DNA of 59,808 nt, counting the filler. It is 4 parts of 4 records of this genome, joined end to end, with 100 filler letters (N's around TTAATTAATTAA, not from the genome) between each part and the next. Parts side by side here need not be neighbours in the genome. Positions count along the whole stretch, not along the records: positions 12,702 to 32,593 come from SRR22947727_4357; positions 32,694 to 45,636 come from SRR22947727_4361; 2 more parts are not named here. One strand, written 5' to 3'. Made by a program: the position numbers and the translations under genes. A model generated the notes under the pieces. It saw only the letters and a list, made by a program, of their open reading frames with translations, was not told where the DNA came from and made no database searches. This document shows positions 28,593-39,382 of the stretch, piece by piece. Position 1 is the first letter of the stretch. The number at the start of each line of letters is the position of its first letter.

Positions 28593-29654
28593 ATGCGCGC
28601 GTTTTTCAAACCCACGGCCACTAAGATAGCACTTTTTGTTCTCGGTAGCATCGTTCTTGGAGCGCTGTTGTCGCCGATTGTTTACCATGTTGGCCAGAAT
28701 ATGGTCGAGGCGGGAACGCTGAAGGGCGGTTGGCTTCAGGGTATCCATGATTCGATGGAGCGGGCGACGTTTGCCCGGTATTTTAATCGTTCACTGACGC
28801 TGGCGGCAGTGTTGCTGCTGTGGCCAACGATTCGGTGGATTCGGAGTGATCAGCCGGAGAAGGATGATCGGGGCTTTCTTTTACTGGAAAAAAATCCGCG
28901 CCGCTGGATTCATCTGCTGATTGGGTTTTTCGTCGCTTGCGGGACGTTGTTACTTCTCGGGTATATTTACACAAAAACGGGGGTCTATGATCCGAGAGAT
29001 CCGGAAAAAGCACTTTCCAGGATCCTCATCAACGCACTGACTTCTGCGATCGCGGTGGCGTTTTTGGAGGAATACATTTTTCGAGGAGCCCTGATGGCGC
29101 TGATTTTGCGAACGGCAAAGCCGAAAGTGGCGCTGGTTTTTCTGACGGCTTTTTTCGCGTTTATCCATTTCCTTCAGCCACCCAAAACAAAGGCGTTTGA
29201 AACGGTATTGAAAACGATGGAGATTGATTGGACTTCGGGTTTTTGGATCATGGGCCAAATTTTTGGTCAGTTTGGAAATCCGGCGTTCTTTCTGGCAGAG
29301 TTCACCGTGTTGTTCGCGGTGGGCTTGATTTTGGGTTACTCACGTTTGAAAACAAAATCGCTCTGGCTCGGGATCGGACTGCACGCGGGCTGGGTTTTTG
29401 GAATTAAGTTTTTCAGCCCGTTTACCCGACTCACCAAAGACGCCAAAGAGATGATTAAAGCGATCAAGGGCGAAGGAAAAGAGGACTTATTTTTTACCTT
29501 CTGGCAGCAAATTCCGTGGTATGGCGACAGTTTACGAAGCGGTTTGAATTCGGCGCTGGTGGTGACTTTCTCCGGAATTTTGATTTGGATGTGGCTAAAA
29601 TACCGCGAGGCAAAAAATCGCGATCCGTTTGAGGATTATCGAAACGATGGCTGA
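28593..29654 (+). CDS. CPBP (CAAX/Abi) intramembrane glutamic endopeptidase
   Basis: EEYIFRG, FAFIH, IGLHAGW motifs; multiple TM helices. Confidence 0.9.
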   Translation: MRAFFKPTATKIALFVLGSIVLGALLSPIVYHVGQNMVEAGTLKGGWLQGIHDSMERATFARYFNRSLTLAAVLLLWPTIRWIRSDQPEKDDRGFLLLEKNPRRWIHLLIGFFVACGTLLLLGYIYTKTGVYDPRDPEKALSRILINALTSAIAVAFLEEYIFRGALMALILRTAKPKVALVFLTAFFAFIHFLQPPKTKAFETVLKTMEIDWTSGFWIMGQIFGQFGNPAFFLAEFTVLFAVGLILGYSRLKTKSLWLGIGLHAGWVFGIKFFSPFTRLTKDAKEMIKAIKGEGKEDLFFTFWQQIPWYGDSLRSGLNSALVVTFSGILIWMWLKYREAKNRDPFEDYRNDG

Positions 29655-30414
29655 GAAAACGATTCGGGACCGGTTGCACGAAACCGTGGATGCAGCAGCG
29701 AGTTTGCTGTATCCAATCACGTGTCCCAGTTGCGATGTTCCGTTGCCCTCGAGCCGAGTTCCGCTCCCCATTTGCGACGACTGCGGTGCTGGCATGTCGC
29801 GGATTGCGCCGCCGTATTGCCGTGTGTGCGGGCAAGCTTATGAAGGCGCGATGTCCGCCGATTTTCAGTGCTCCAACTGCGCTGATCGCAAGCTGGCGTT
29901 CGATTTCGCAATCGGTGGCTATGCCGCTGAAGGATTGCTCCGTCAGTTGATGCATCGCTTTAAATATGAGCAAAATATTTATCTGGCTCAGTTGCTCGGG
30001 AGATTGCTTGAATCGACGTTGACGGACAAAAGGATCGTGGGCAAAGATTGGATTTTGGTCCCCGTGCCACTCCATCGGCGACGATTCAGAAATCGAGGAT
30101 TTAATCAGGCCGTGGAATTGTGCCGCGTTTTGAAAAAGCGGAACCCAAAACGGTTTCAGGTGAAAAAAGCGATTCGTCGGGTTCGCCACACGCCAAGGCA
30201 AGCGGGGCTGGATCGCGAGCAACGGTTGTCTAATTTACGGGGTGCGTTTGCACTTTCCCGTTTTGGAAATATGGCTGAAACCCTAGTCGGAAAGCGAATT
30301 TTATTGGTCGACGATGTTTTGACGACGGGTGCAACGGCGTCGGAATGCGGTCGGGTTTTGCGGAATTCAGCAGATATTGCCGAAATCGGGGTGATTACTG
30401 TCCTTCGCGGATGA
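29647..30414 (+). CDS. comF: ComF family double zinc ribbon / phosphoribosyltransferase-like protein
   Basis: CxxC pairs, VPVPLH...RGFNQA, LLVDDVLTTGAT. Confidence 0.92.
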   Translation: MAEKTIRDRLHETVDAAASLLYPITCPSCDVPLPSSRVPLPICDDCGAGMSRIAPPYCRVCGQAYEGAMSADFQCSNCADRKLAFDFAIGGYAAEGLLRQLMHRFKYEQNIYLAQLLGRLLESTLTDKRIVGKDWILVPVPLHRRRFRNRGFNQAVELCRVLKKRNPKRFQVKKAIRRVRHTPRQAGLDREQRLSNLRGAFALSRFGNMAETLVGKRILLVDDVLTTGATASECGRVLRNSADIAEIGVITVLRG

Positions 30415-30485
30415 ACCGTAAAATGGTTGTGTCGCGCGGGTTCGTGGGTAATTTTGGGGTTCACGAAACTGAAAAACACGACGTT

Positions 30486-31340
30486 ATGGGTATTTTCAAA
30501 AAACCATCGATCAAATCCCTCGGAAAGAAGAAGCGGGACATGCCGGAAGGCTTGTGGCACAAGTGCCCGTCCTGCGGCGCGATCATTCACGAGGCCGACT
30601 TGCAGCAACGTTTTCGCGTCTGCTCGAAGTGCGAGCACCACTTTACGCTGACCTCTCATGAACGGATTGAATTGTTGATTGATCCGGGAACGTTTGAAGA
30701 GACCGAAGGGCATCTTGAGTCGGTGAACCCGCTTGGTTTTAAAAGTTACACCGACAAGGTGAAGAATTATCAGCAAAAGACCGGTTTGAAAGAAGCGGTT
30801 TTGACTGGAAAAGGATCGATTTGTGGTGCCCCAATTACAATCGCGGTGATGGATTTCCGTTTCCTTGGTGGAAGCATGGGATCTGTTGTTGGTGAAAAGG
30901 TTACGCGGGCAATCGAGCTCGCTACGGCAGAGAATCGGGGTGTGGTTGTGTTGTCTGCTTCTGGCGGTGCGCGGATGCACGAGGGGATTCTGAGCCTCAT
31001 GCAAATGGGCAAAACCAGCGGTGCGTTGGCTCGACACAGCGAAGCCAAACTTCCTTTTATTTCTGTTTTGACTCACCCAACAACCGGCGGGGTGACTGCG
31101 AGTTTTGCGACCTTGGGTGATGTGATCATCGCCGAGCCGAAATGTATGATCGGTTTCGCCGGTCCACGCGTGGTGAAAGAGACGACTCACCAGAATTTGC
31201 CTCCTGGATTTCAGTCTGCAGAATTTATGATGGAGCACGGATTGGTCGATTTGATTGTCCACCGCTCCGACATGCGCGAGAAATTGGGGCAGTTATTCAA
31301 CTTCATGCTTCCGAAAAACGCCGGGTCAGCCGCTGCGTAG
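30486..31340 (+). CDS. accD: Acetyl-CoA carboxylase carboxyltransferase beta subunit
   Basis: PEGLWHKCPSC zinc finger, GGSMGSVVGEK, SGGARMHEG, PTTGGVTASFA, GFAGPRV. Confidence 0.96.
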   Translation: MGIFKKPSIKSLGKKKRDMPEGLWHKCPSCGAIIHEADLQQRFRVCSKCEHHFTLTSHERIELLIDPGTFEETEGHLESVNPLGFKSYTDKVKNYQQKTGLKEAVLTGKGSICGAPITIAVMDFRFLGGSMGSVVGEKVTRAIELATAENRGVVVLSASGGARMHEGILSLMQMGKTSGALARHSEAKLPFISVLTHPTTGGVTASFATLGDVIIAEPKCMIGFAGPRVVKETTHQNLPPGFQSAEFMMEHGLVDLIVHRSDMREKLGQLFNFMLPKNAGSAAA

Positions 31341-31480
31341 AGGGGCAACTGCTCGTTTGTTGGGGTTTTCAGGGCCTGAATTGGCAGAAAATGAAGGGGA
31401 AGTTGTGTTGATCACATGTCTTCGTCTACCGTGGCATTCCGAGTTTGTGCGAGTCTATCGACGCGGCTCGGAATTGTGTC

Positions 31481-32453
31481 ATGGAAACCGCTATTACCAA
31501 AACTGAAAAATTGTCGAACACCAAGGAGTTGGTCGAAGAACCCGAACAAAAATCTGTTACCGATGAGTTCCTGGATCTGGAAGAGCTTCTGGAAGCCAGA
31601 CATGGTAAAGGCGGTTTAACCCATTCCGTGTCCCTACAGATTGCGAATGAGCAGGGAGATTATCCGTATTCAAAGAAGATTTCTGCGAAGCGGTATGAGC
31701 AGGAAAAATTAAGGTTGCAGTCCGAATTGCTGAAAGTTCAGAATTGGGTGCGTGAAAGCGGGGAACGCGTTGTTGGGCTTTTCGAAGGACGGGATGCAGC
31801 CGGAAAAGGGGGAAACAATCAAGCGCTTCATGGAACATCTGAATCCGCGCGCTGCGCATGTGGTGGCGCTCGAAAAACCTACAGACCGGGAAAAGGGGCA
31901 ATGGTACTTTCAGCGTTATATTGAGAAACTGCCTACAAAAGGGGAAATGGCCTTTTTCGATCGATCTTGGTACAATCGCGCCGGCGTTGAACGGGTGATG
32001 GATTTTTGTGATTCGCTTGAATATTTGGAGTTTTTGCGTCAATGCCCGCTGATCGAACGGATGTTTGTGAATAGTGGAATTCGACTCTTCAAATTTTGGT
32101 TTTCTGTAAGCCGAATCGAGCAATTGAGACGATTTCATTCACGGAAGACAGATCCTTTGAAACAGTGGAAACTGAGCCCGGTTGATCTCAAATCGCTTCA
32201 CAAATGGGATGACTACACGAAAGCGAAAGAATCGATGTTTTTCTATACGGACACTGCCGATGCCCCCTGGGCGATTGTGAAGTCTGATGACAAAAAACGG
32301 GCTCGCATTGAATGTCTGCGACATTTCTTACATTCGCTGGATTATCCTGACAAAGACTTGGAAATTGCGTGTGCTCCCGACCCAAAGATTGTGGTGCGCC
32401 CCTCAGAAATTTTCAAAAAAGGGGATCATCCAATTAAGGAATTGGCTCCCTGA
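31481..32453 (+). pseudogene. ppk2: Polyphosphate kinase 2 with one extra base at ~31805-31815 (true frameshift or sequencing error)
   Basis: Frame A ends FEGRDAAGKGG. Frame B continues TIKRFMEHLNPR...FDRSWYNRAGVERVM...LKQWKLSP. The join lies in the A4-G5-A3 run. Confidence 0.9.
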
Positions 32454-32556
32454 CGTGGTGACACTTTAGAGATTCGTTTTAACCAGTGATTTCGGGCTTG
32501 AAACCAAAACGGAACGGGTTAATTTCCGAATCTCCGATAAAATCGTCGCGAGAAAA

Positions 32557-32593
32557 GCCATTTTAGCTCAGTTGGTAGAGCAGCTGATTTGTA
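32557..32593 (+). tRNA. tRNA-Thr(TGT), 5' half, truncated by contig end
   Basis: GCCATTTTAGCTCAGTTGGTAGAGCAGCTGATTTGTA: acceptor 5' strand, D-arm, anticodon loop TT-TGT-A. Confidence 0.88.
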
Positions 32594-32693
32594 NNNNNNN
32601 NNNNNNNNNNNNNNNNNNNNNNNNNNNNNNNNNNNNNTTAATTAATTAANNNNNNNNNNNNNNNNNNNNNNNNNNNNNNNNNNNNNNNNNNNN
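32594..32693. other. Artificial contig linker
   Basis: N44-TTAATTAATTAA-N44. Confidence 0.98.
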
Positions 32694-33644
32694 GCTGCTG
32701 ATGCCTGGGTGGATCCATGGAAGCCGGTTCCCAGAGCCTTGATTACCCATGCCCATGCCGACCATGCCACACCAGGATGTGGCGAATATTGGGCTGTTGA
32801 CTCAAGCGAAGCGGTCTTGCGGCAGCGTCTTGGCCAGAGCATCAATCTGCACCCGGTTCGATACGGGAAAGAGTTTTGGCTCGGTCAATGCAAGGTGTCC
32901 TTCCACAGTGCAGGGCATGTGCTCGGGTCAGCGCAGATCCGACTGGAGTCGGATGGAAATGTCTGGGTCGTGAGTGGCGACTACAAGCGCGACCACGATC
33001 CCAGCTGCGCGCCATTTGAGACCGTCGCCTGTGATGTGTTGATTACGGAAGCAACATTTGGGCTGCCCATCTATCGCTGGAGTAGCGGAGCCGAAGTCGC
33101 ATAATCAATTCGAGATTGGTGGCAGGCTGATCGGAGCCGGCCCACATTGTTGTTCTGTTACGCCTTTGGGAAAGCACAACGTTTACTGGCTGAATTAAAA
33201 GCAATCGGTGTCGAAGAAGAGGTGCTTTTGCATGGCGCGGTGGAAACCATCACTCGGCACTACCGAGAGGCTCAAGTTCCGATGACGCCGAGCCGGCCCG
33301 TAAGTGACTACCCACGCAAAGATTCTCTCAATGGCCGCTTGGTTCTTGCCCCCCCGTCCGCACATCGTTCGAGTTGGATGCGTCGTTTCAAGGCACCGCA
33401 AACTGGTTTTGCTTCGGGATGGATGGCCGTGCGCGGCGCGCGGCAACGACGTGGATATGAACGGGGGTTTGTGCTCAGTGATCACGCCGACTGGCCAGGT
33501 CTGATTCAAACCGTCCGAGAGTCAGGGGCCAAACAGGTGTACGTCACCCATGGACAAAGTGACGTACTGGCCAGATACCTACGTGAATGCGAAGGGATTG
33601 CTGCCGAACCGCTCGAGACACTGTTTGAAGGTGAACAAGACTGA
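32694..33644 (+). pseudogene. Ligase-associated DNA damage response exonuclease (MBL fold), 5' truncated, with in-frame TAA at 33102-33104
   Basis: THAHADH, AGHVLGS, SGDYK, EATFGLP, then * and the same frame resumes SIRDWW...YAFGKAQR...LSDHADW...VTHG. Confidence 0.88.
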
Positions 33645-33655
33645 GACTTCTGAAT

Positions 33656-33922
33656 TCAGTTGCCGCCCTGACCAATTCCTGTTGGCAGAGGGGGGAAGTT
33701 CAAATTGGCTTCTCGGCCTTCAATCGCAGCCTTCAGCGATTCAATCATCATGGTGTTTCCACTGTCTTGAATTGCTTTGAGTGCTGCCTCAAGACGCCGA
33801 CGACGGTTGCTTGGATCATCGCCAGAACCTTGAGTTCCAATCGTCAGCTCAGGGGCAGCAATCGGCATTGATGCACGTACGCTTGAGAGTTGCTGGGCCA
33901 GGTTCTCCCAAAGAAGTGCCAT
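33656..33922 (-). CDS. Hypothetical protein (cyanobacterial-type, 88 aa)
   Basis: Clean ATG ORF filling the exonuclease-ligase gap; helical RRRRLEAALKAIQDSGN core. Confidence 0.65.
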   Translation of the reverse strand: MALLWENLAQQLSSVRASMPIAAPELTIGTQGSGDDPSNRRRRLEAALKAIQDSGNTMMIESLKAAIEGREANLNFPPLPTGIGQGGN

Positions 33923-34058
33923 TTATCCACCGAGATATGTGATCACTAGATGAACACAGACCTTGGCAATCAGCACTGGTTGATCACAAAACGTCTCGAT
34001 CAGAATCCCCACAGATGTCGGCGTCGGTCGACAAGATGTTGAAAGCGCTGTACAGCCC

Positions 34059-35723
34059 ATGCAGGCCTTTCAGGCCCTATTCCAACAGCTCGACCAAGTC
34101 ACAGGAACACGGGCCAAAGTTGGTTTGCTTGTTGAGCATTTCCGTTCTGTACCAGCAGCCGATGCCGCTTGGGCGCTTGTTCTTCTGTTAGGGAAACGAA
34201 GACGCCGACTCATCACTGGCCGAAGGCTTCGCACGATCCTTGAGCAACGGGGTGGCATTCCAGAGTGGTTGGTTGCCGAGTGTCACGGCCAGGTTGGCGA
34301 TTCCGCCGAAACAATCACCCTGCTTTGGCCAGCCGTGAACACCAAGATCGGCCCTATGGAATCAAATCTCCAGACGCTTCCAGTCGATCAACCGCTGCAC
34401 TGGTGGATGGACACCCTTCTTCCAACGATTAGCGGTTTCAAAGACGACAACGAAGCCAACGCTGTTCTCGATCTATGGCAAAGAGTGCCAAACAACCAAC
34501 ACTTTGTGGTTAATAAATTACTCACGGGAGGATTTCGGGTCGGTGTCTCAACGGGGTTGATCAGTCGAGCAATTGCTGAGGCCTTTGATCTCGACATCGA
34601 ACTGGTTGTCCAACGGTTAATGGGCGGCTTTGAGCCAACGGCTGAGAATTTTCAACAACTCATCCTTCCTGCTAACGAAGATGAACAACGATCGAAGGGC
34701 ACTCCATATCCCTTCTTTCTGGCTAGCCCCATCGACCTCCATCGACTTCATGACAGCAAGCCTGATGACTGGCTTGTCGAGTGGAAATGGGATGGCATTC
34801 GTGGACAATTGATTCACCGAGGACATGGCACATTTCTGTGGAGTCGGGGAGAGGAACTCGTGAACGACAGTTTTCCGGAACTAATCTCGATTGGAGAAGC
34901 TCTACCGGATGGCACCGTTCTCGATGGAGAAGTGATCTGTTGGAGGGAAGAGGATTCAATACCACTAGGTTTCGACCAATTACAACGACGCCTGGGTCGA
35001 AAACAGGTGGGCAGCCTTTTGAAACGGGAATGCCCAATGCGTTTTATCGCTTACGACCTGTTAGAGCACAACGGACAAGACATCCGACAAGAGCCAATTT
35101 CACAACGACAGCAAAAGCTACTTGACGTGATCAGGACGCTGAAACATCCAGAGCACTGGCGCTTACAACAAAGCCAGCACTGGCCCCTAAAAACATGGGA
35201 CGAGCTCGATCAGCAACGACAGGATGCAAGAACGAAGCATGCTGAAGGAGTGATGCTCAAGCAACGCACATCCCCCTATTTGGCTGGTCGAAAACGCGGT
35301 AGCTGGTGGAAATACAAGCTTGATCCCATGCACCTAGATGTCGTTCTTCTGTACGCGCAGGCAGGACGTGGTCGGCGCGCGAATTTATTTACCGACTACA
35401 CATTTGGCCTTTGGAACGATTCAGAAACACCAGAACTAGTCACCTTCGCAAAGGCTTACTCCGGTCTTGACAACGCAGAAATCCTTGAGCTCGATCGCTG
35501 GATCAGAAAGAACACTCTGCAACGTTTTGGACCGACGCGTTCTGTTCGGCCCGAGCAAGTCTTTGAACTGGGTTTTGAAGGAATTCACCCATCAAAACGG
35601 CACAAAGCTGGAGTAGCCGTACGTTTCCCGAGAATTCTGCGCTGGCGTAAGGATAAGCCTGCCCAAGAAGGCAACTGCTTAAGCGATGCACAACAGCTGA
35701 TAAACAACCAGGAAAAGGCTTAA
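34059..35723 (+). CDS. ATP-dependent DNA ligase (ligase-associated DNA damage response type)
   Basis: VGDSAETI, EWKWDGIRGQ (KxDG), LDGE, EGVMLK, WWKYK, RFPRI. Confidence 0.95.
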   Translation: MQAFQALFQQLDQVTGTRAKVGLLVEHFRSVPAADAAWALVLLLGKRRRRLITGRRLRTILEQRGGIPEWLVAECHGQVGDSAETITLLWPAVNTKIGPMESNLQTLPVDQPLHWWMDTLLPTISGFKDDNEANAVLDLWQRVPNNQHFVVNKLLTGGFRVGVSTGLISRAIAEAFDLDIELVVQRLMGGFEPTAENFQQLILPANEDEQRSKGTPYPFFLASPIDLHRLHDSKPDDWLVEWKWDGIRGQLIHRGHGTFLWSRGEELVNDSFPELISIGEALPDGTVLDGEVICWREEDSIPLGFDQLQRRLGRKQVGSLLKRECPMRFIAYDLLEHNGQDIRQEPISQRQQKLLDVIRTLKHPEHWRLQQSQHWPLKTWDELDQQRQDARTKHAEGVMLKQRTSPYLAGRKRGSWWKYKLDPMHLDVVLLYAQAGRGRRANLFTDYTFGLWNDSETPELVTFAKAYSGLDNAEILELDRWIRKNTLQRFGPTRSVRPEQVFELGFEGIHPSKRHKAGVAVRFPRILRWRKDKPAQEGNCLSDAQQLINNQEKA

Positions 35724-35725
35724 CA

Positions 35726-38200
35726 ATGTCTGGACGTTCGCCTGAAGTGAATTCAATCGATCAACTACAACCCATTCATAAATGGTTTAAACATCAGGGA
35801 TGGACACCACTTCCATTTCAGAGAAAAACTTGGGAAGCATATCTAGAAGGCAAAAGTGGCCTTATCCAAGTACCAACAGGGTCTGGGAAAACCTATGCAG
35901 CAGTAATGGGCCCAATCGCCCGAATGTTGGCAGACAACACAGATCGCAAAGGGATACGATTGCTATATCTCACACCACTTCGAGCACTGAGCCGGGATCT
36001 TGCCCTAGCAATACGAGATCCAATAGACGTGATGAGTTGGCCATTGCGCGTCGGTATCCGTAACGGTGATAGCAAAAGTAGTGAACGCACGAAACAACTA
36101 AGATCACCACCAGAAATATTAGTTACCACACCAGAATCACTCACTCTATTACTCAGTAATCCGAAGGCGGAGGAGTTGTTCAATAACCTCGACACCGTGA
36201 TCTTGGATGAGTGGCATGAATTGATGGGAAGCAAGCGTGGTAGCCAAACAGAGCTATGCCTTTCATGGCTTCGCCAACAACGTCCCGGCCTACAAACCTG
36301 GGCGATCAGTGCCACGATTGGAAATTTGAACCAAGCCGCACGGCACGCACTTGGAACGAAGGGCAAACCCATGATGGTTGGGGGCGCACCGGCAAGAACC
36401 ACCGATATCCGCAGCATATTTCCAGACAAGATTGATGGTTTCCCTTGGGCGGGTCACCTCGGCCTACGCATGTATGAAGAATTAGTAGCTGTTCTAAATC
36501 CGAACATCAGCACACTGCTGTTCACTAACACAAGAAATCAATCAGAACGTTGGCATCAATGTCTTCGTTTCGCCTGTCCTGAGATGGAAGGGGCACTCGC
36601 CTTACATCACAGTGCAATCGATCGTGGAGAACGAGAGTCAATTGAATCAGCTGTAAAAGAAGGAGATATTCGTTGGGTTGTGTGCACCAGTTCTCTAGAT
36701 TTAGGTGTGGATTTTCAGCCAGTAGAACAGGTTGTACAAATTGGTAGTCCAAAGAATTTGGCTCGTCTTTTACAGCGAGCAGGTCGATCATCCCATATCC
36801 CAGGAGGAACCTCTAAAGTATTATTTATGCCCACCAATGCACTGGAACTGCTAGAACTAAGCGCAGTTCGACGAGGCTTAGAAGAAGGATTAGTCGAGCA
36901 ACGAAAACCACCAAATGCACCACTTGATGTATTACTCCAACACCTAACAAGCCTTGCATGTGGTCCAGGGTTCAACGCAGAACAAACCCTAAATGCAGTA
37001 AAAGAGAGTGCATGCTATGAACATCTCAGCGAGGAAGACTGGGATTGGTGTCTAATATTTCTCAAAGAGGGTGGTGAATGTTTAGGAGCATACCCGAGAT
37101 ACAAGAAGCTTGAATGGAATAAAGAAAGCAAGAGATACCATATTCGCGAAAAAATGATCGCCAGATTGCATCGATTCAATATTGGCACGATTACAGCAGC
37201 ACCATCAATCACAGTCCGATTCATTCGAGGAGCTATTTTGGGCCATGTTGAGGAAACATTTATTAGCCAGCTAAAACCCAAAGATGTGTTCTTTTTTTCA
37301 GGACGACAACTTGAGTTTATTCGACTCAGAGAGATGACAGCCTACGTCAAAGTCAGCACAAAAAAAAGTCGTACAGTACCAGCATGGGCAGGTGGCCAAA
37401 TGGCACTATCTGACTTACTGACACATCACCTACGTCAAGAAATAGATCGGGCTAGACGAGAAGAACTAGACACACCAGAATTAAAAGCATTAAAACCATT
37501 ATTTGATCGTCAAAAGGATCTATCAGTTCTACCAAAAACGAATCAGCTGTTAATCGAAACTTGTCAAACACGCGAGGGGAGCCATCTATTTGCATATCCA
37601 TTTGAAGGTCGATTTGTTCACGAAGGAATCGGATTTTTGTGGGCATCAAGACTCACAAAGCTGAATCGCGGCACGATCACAGTATCTGTTAATGATTATG
37701 GATTTGAGCTATTAGCACCAAGAAGCTACCCAATGGCAGAGCTCATTGAAGAACATTCCGACCTCCTACTTGATAAAGATAATCTCGAGAATGATTTACG
37801 GAATGCACTCAACCTTTCAGAACTGCAACGACGACGTTTTCGGGCCATCGCACAAATCGCTGGTCTAATGAATCGAGGCTTTCCAGGATCAACCAAAAGC
37901 ACCGGCCAGCTGCAAATTAGTGCATCTCTTTTATTTGATGTGTTTAATCGTCATGAACCAAGCAATCGATTACTTCAACAGGCTTATCAAGAAGTGATGC
38001 ATGATCAACTAGAGCTCAGCAGATTGGAACACGCACTTACTCGAGCCTCTGAACAAGAATGGCTGCATGTAAAAACACCACGCCCTGGACCACTAGCCTT
38101 TCCATTGTTGGTCGAGCGCCTCAATTCACGTATGTCAAACGAGACTGTGCTCGAACGAATCATGCGTATGCAAAAGGATGCTCTGAACAAAGAAGCTTAA
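35726..38200 (+). CDS. Lhr-like DEXH-box helicase (ligase-associated DNA damage response)
   Basis: PTGSGKT, TPLRAL, TTPESL, DEWHE, SAT, HHSAI, LDLGVD, QRAGRS, PFEGRFVH. Confidence 0.94.
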   Translation: MSGRSPEVNSIDQLQPIHKWFKHQGWTPLPFQRKTWEAYLEGKSGLIQVPTGSGKTYAAVMGPIARMLADNTDRKGIRLLYLTPLRALSRDLALAIRDPIDVMSWPLRVGIRNGDSKSSERTKQLRSPPEILVTTPESLTLLLSNPKAEELFNNLDTVILDEWHELMGSKRGSQTELCLSWLRQQRPGLQTWAISATIGNLNQAARHALGTKGKPMMVGGAPARTTDIRSIFPDKIDGFPWAGHLGLRMYEELVAVLNPNISTLLFTNTRNQSERWHQCLRFACPEMEGALALHHSAIDRGERESIESAVKEGDIRWVVCTSSLDLGVDFQPVEQVVQIGSPKNLARLLQRAGRSSHIPGGTSKVLFMPTNALELLELSAVRRGLEEGLVEQRKPPNAPLDVLLQHLTSLACGPGFNAEQTLNAVKESACYEHLSEEDWDWCLIFLKEGGECLGAYPRYKKLEWNKESKRYHIREKMIARLHRFNIGTITAAPSITVRFIRGAILGHVEETFISQLKPKDVFFFSGRQLEFIRLREMTAYVKVSTKKSRTVPAWAGGQMALSDLLTHHLRQEIDRARREELDTPELKALKPLFDRQKDLSVLPKTNQLLIETCQTREGSHLFAYPFEGRFVHEGIGFLWASRLTKLNRGTITVSVNDYGFELLAPRSYPMAELIEEHSDLLLDKDNLENDLRNALNLSELQRRRFRAIAQIAGLMNRGFPGSTKSTGQLQISASLLFDVFNRHEPSNRLLQQAYQEVMHDQLELSRLEHALTRASEQEWLHVKTPRPGPLAFPLLVERLNSRMSNETVLERIMRMQKDALNKEA

Positions 38201-38275
38201 GATAAAACAAAAACGTTAGGGAGTTCGATCATCAGATAGTGTGAACAAGGATCAAAGTCTCGTTAATCTTCCTCC

Positions 38276-38815
38276 ATGGCAGTCCATTTATATCTTGTTG
38301 TGTTAGGGGGGAGAATGAAGGGCTGCAATATTGAACTCCATGACGTCAGGTGGGTGGTGGGGGACTCAATTCAGGATACAATTAAGACACTTAAAAGTGA
38401 ATGGTTTGGTGATAAAAAAGGGCTACATATTGATAGCTATCGCCAAATTCTGCATGTCGATGGAATGTCCGTAGCTGTAGTTCATTCACCAACCGTGAAT
38501 GAACCTACTGATGAATATGGCCTTTGGTTTGTGAATCTTGGAGGATATTCAAGCCAATCCATGGCCGAGCAACACGAATTTGGCATCGTCGTTGCACAAA
38601 CAGCTCAATCAGCAAAAGCCATCGCCAAGAAACGCTGGCTTAAGGGCATGACTCAAATCCACAAGGACGATCTCCACCAAATCAATGAAAATCCGCTCAT
38701 TGATGATCTCTTGCCGATCAATGGCAATGGACGCTGGCATATCCAATTAACACCCAGCACAACAGAGGTCTCAACATCCGAGGCACCAGACTGGACCGGC
38801 TACTGGCTGATCTAG
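38276..38815 (+). CDS. DUF1543-domain protein
   Basis: LVVLGG...ELHDVRWV, W...LHID, LWFVNLGGY...EQHEF, HKDD duplicated-domain pattern. Confidence 0.85.
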   Translation: MAVHLYLVVLGGRMKGCNIELHDVRWVVGDSIQDTIKTLKSEWFGDKKGLHIDSYRQILHVDGMSVAVVHSPTVNEPTDEYGLWFVNLGGYSSQSMAEQHEFGIVVAQTAQSAKAIAKKRWLKGMTQIHKDDLHQINENPLIDDLLPINGNGRWHIQLTPSTTEVSTSEAPDWTGYWLI

Positions 38816-39124
38816 GAACAGGCTGCGCCGGATCATGAGCTATCCATCGCAAGTCACATCAAGACACAATTCGATGGAACAACACGGACAACTCATACCC
38901 ACCCAAAACATGGGCATCATCATTGGCATACTTACAAAAACCAATATCAATACTAAAATCAAACACCTATTTATTATCAACGAAACCGTCAACCAAGCCC
39001 GATCTCTAAGGCATGGAGGAGATCACAGCCCGTCATCTAGTTCATCGAAGCTACTATCAGTACTCGCCCATGCGTTAATTTAGGCTATCGTTTTTCACTC
39101 TAAACCACAATTCGAATCCCAAGC

Positions 39125-39382
39125 ATGAACACTGAGTCAATCAGTCAAGAAGCAATCAATGCCTGGCGTGACTATGTACTCAAGCAGGTTGTCGAAAATC
39201 TTGAGATAAATAAAGAAAAGATTATTGAACAGTTTGAAAATGAGAACTCTCATGGCATTACACGCAATGAGATCAATCAATTTGGATTGCTAGATTTTGA
39301 CGTCTCGATCACCCTTCATCGCGACAAAAAACAATCATTTGGCCTAGGACTAGGGTTTTTCAAAGCAAATATTTTGCGGTAA
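39125..39382 (+). CDS. Hypothetical protein (85 aa)
   Basis: ATG ORF with protein-like composition, picocyanobacterial-type. Confidence 0.65.
   Translation: MNTESISQEAINAWRDYVLKQVVENLEINKEKIIEQFENENSHGITRNEINQFGLLDFDVSITLHRDKKQSFGLGLGFFKANILR

Noticed and set aside
22005..31262. Long antisense ORFs (22005-22751, 26882-27649, 29494-30222, 30156-31262)
   Set aside because: Shadows of well-supported genes on the opposite strand, with no motifs.
38835..39083. 82-aa ORF after DUF1543
   Set aside because: No motif and atypical composition; cannot be supported as coding.
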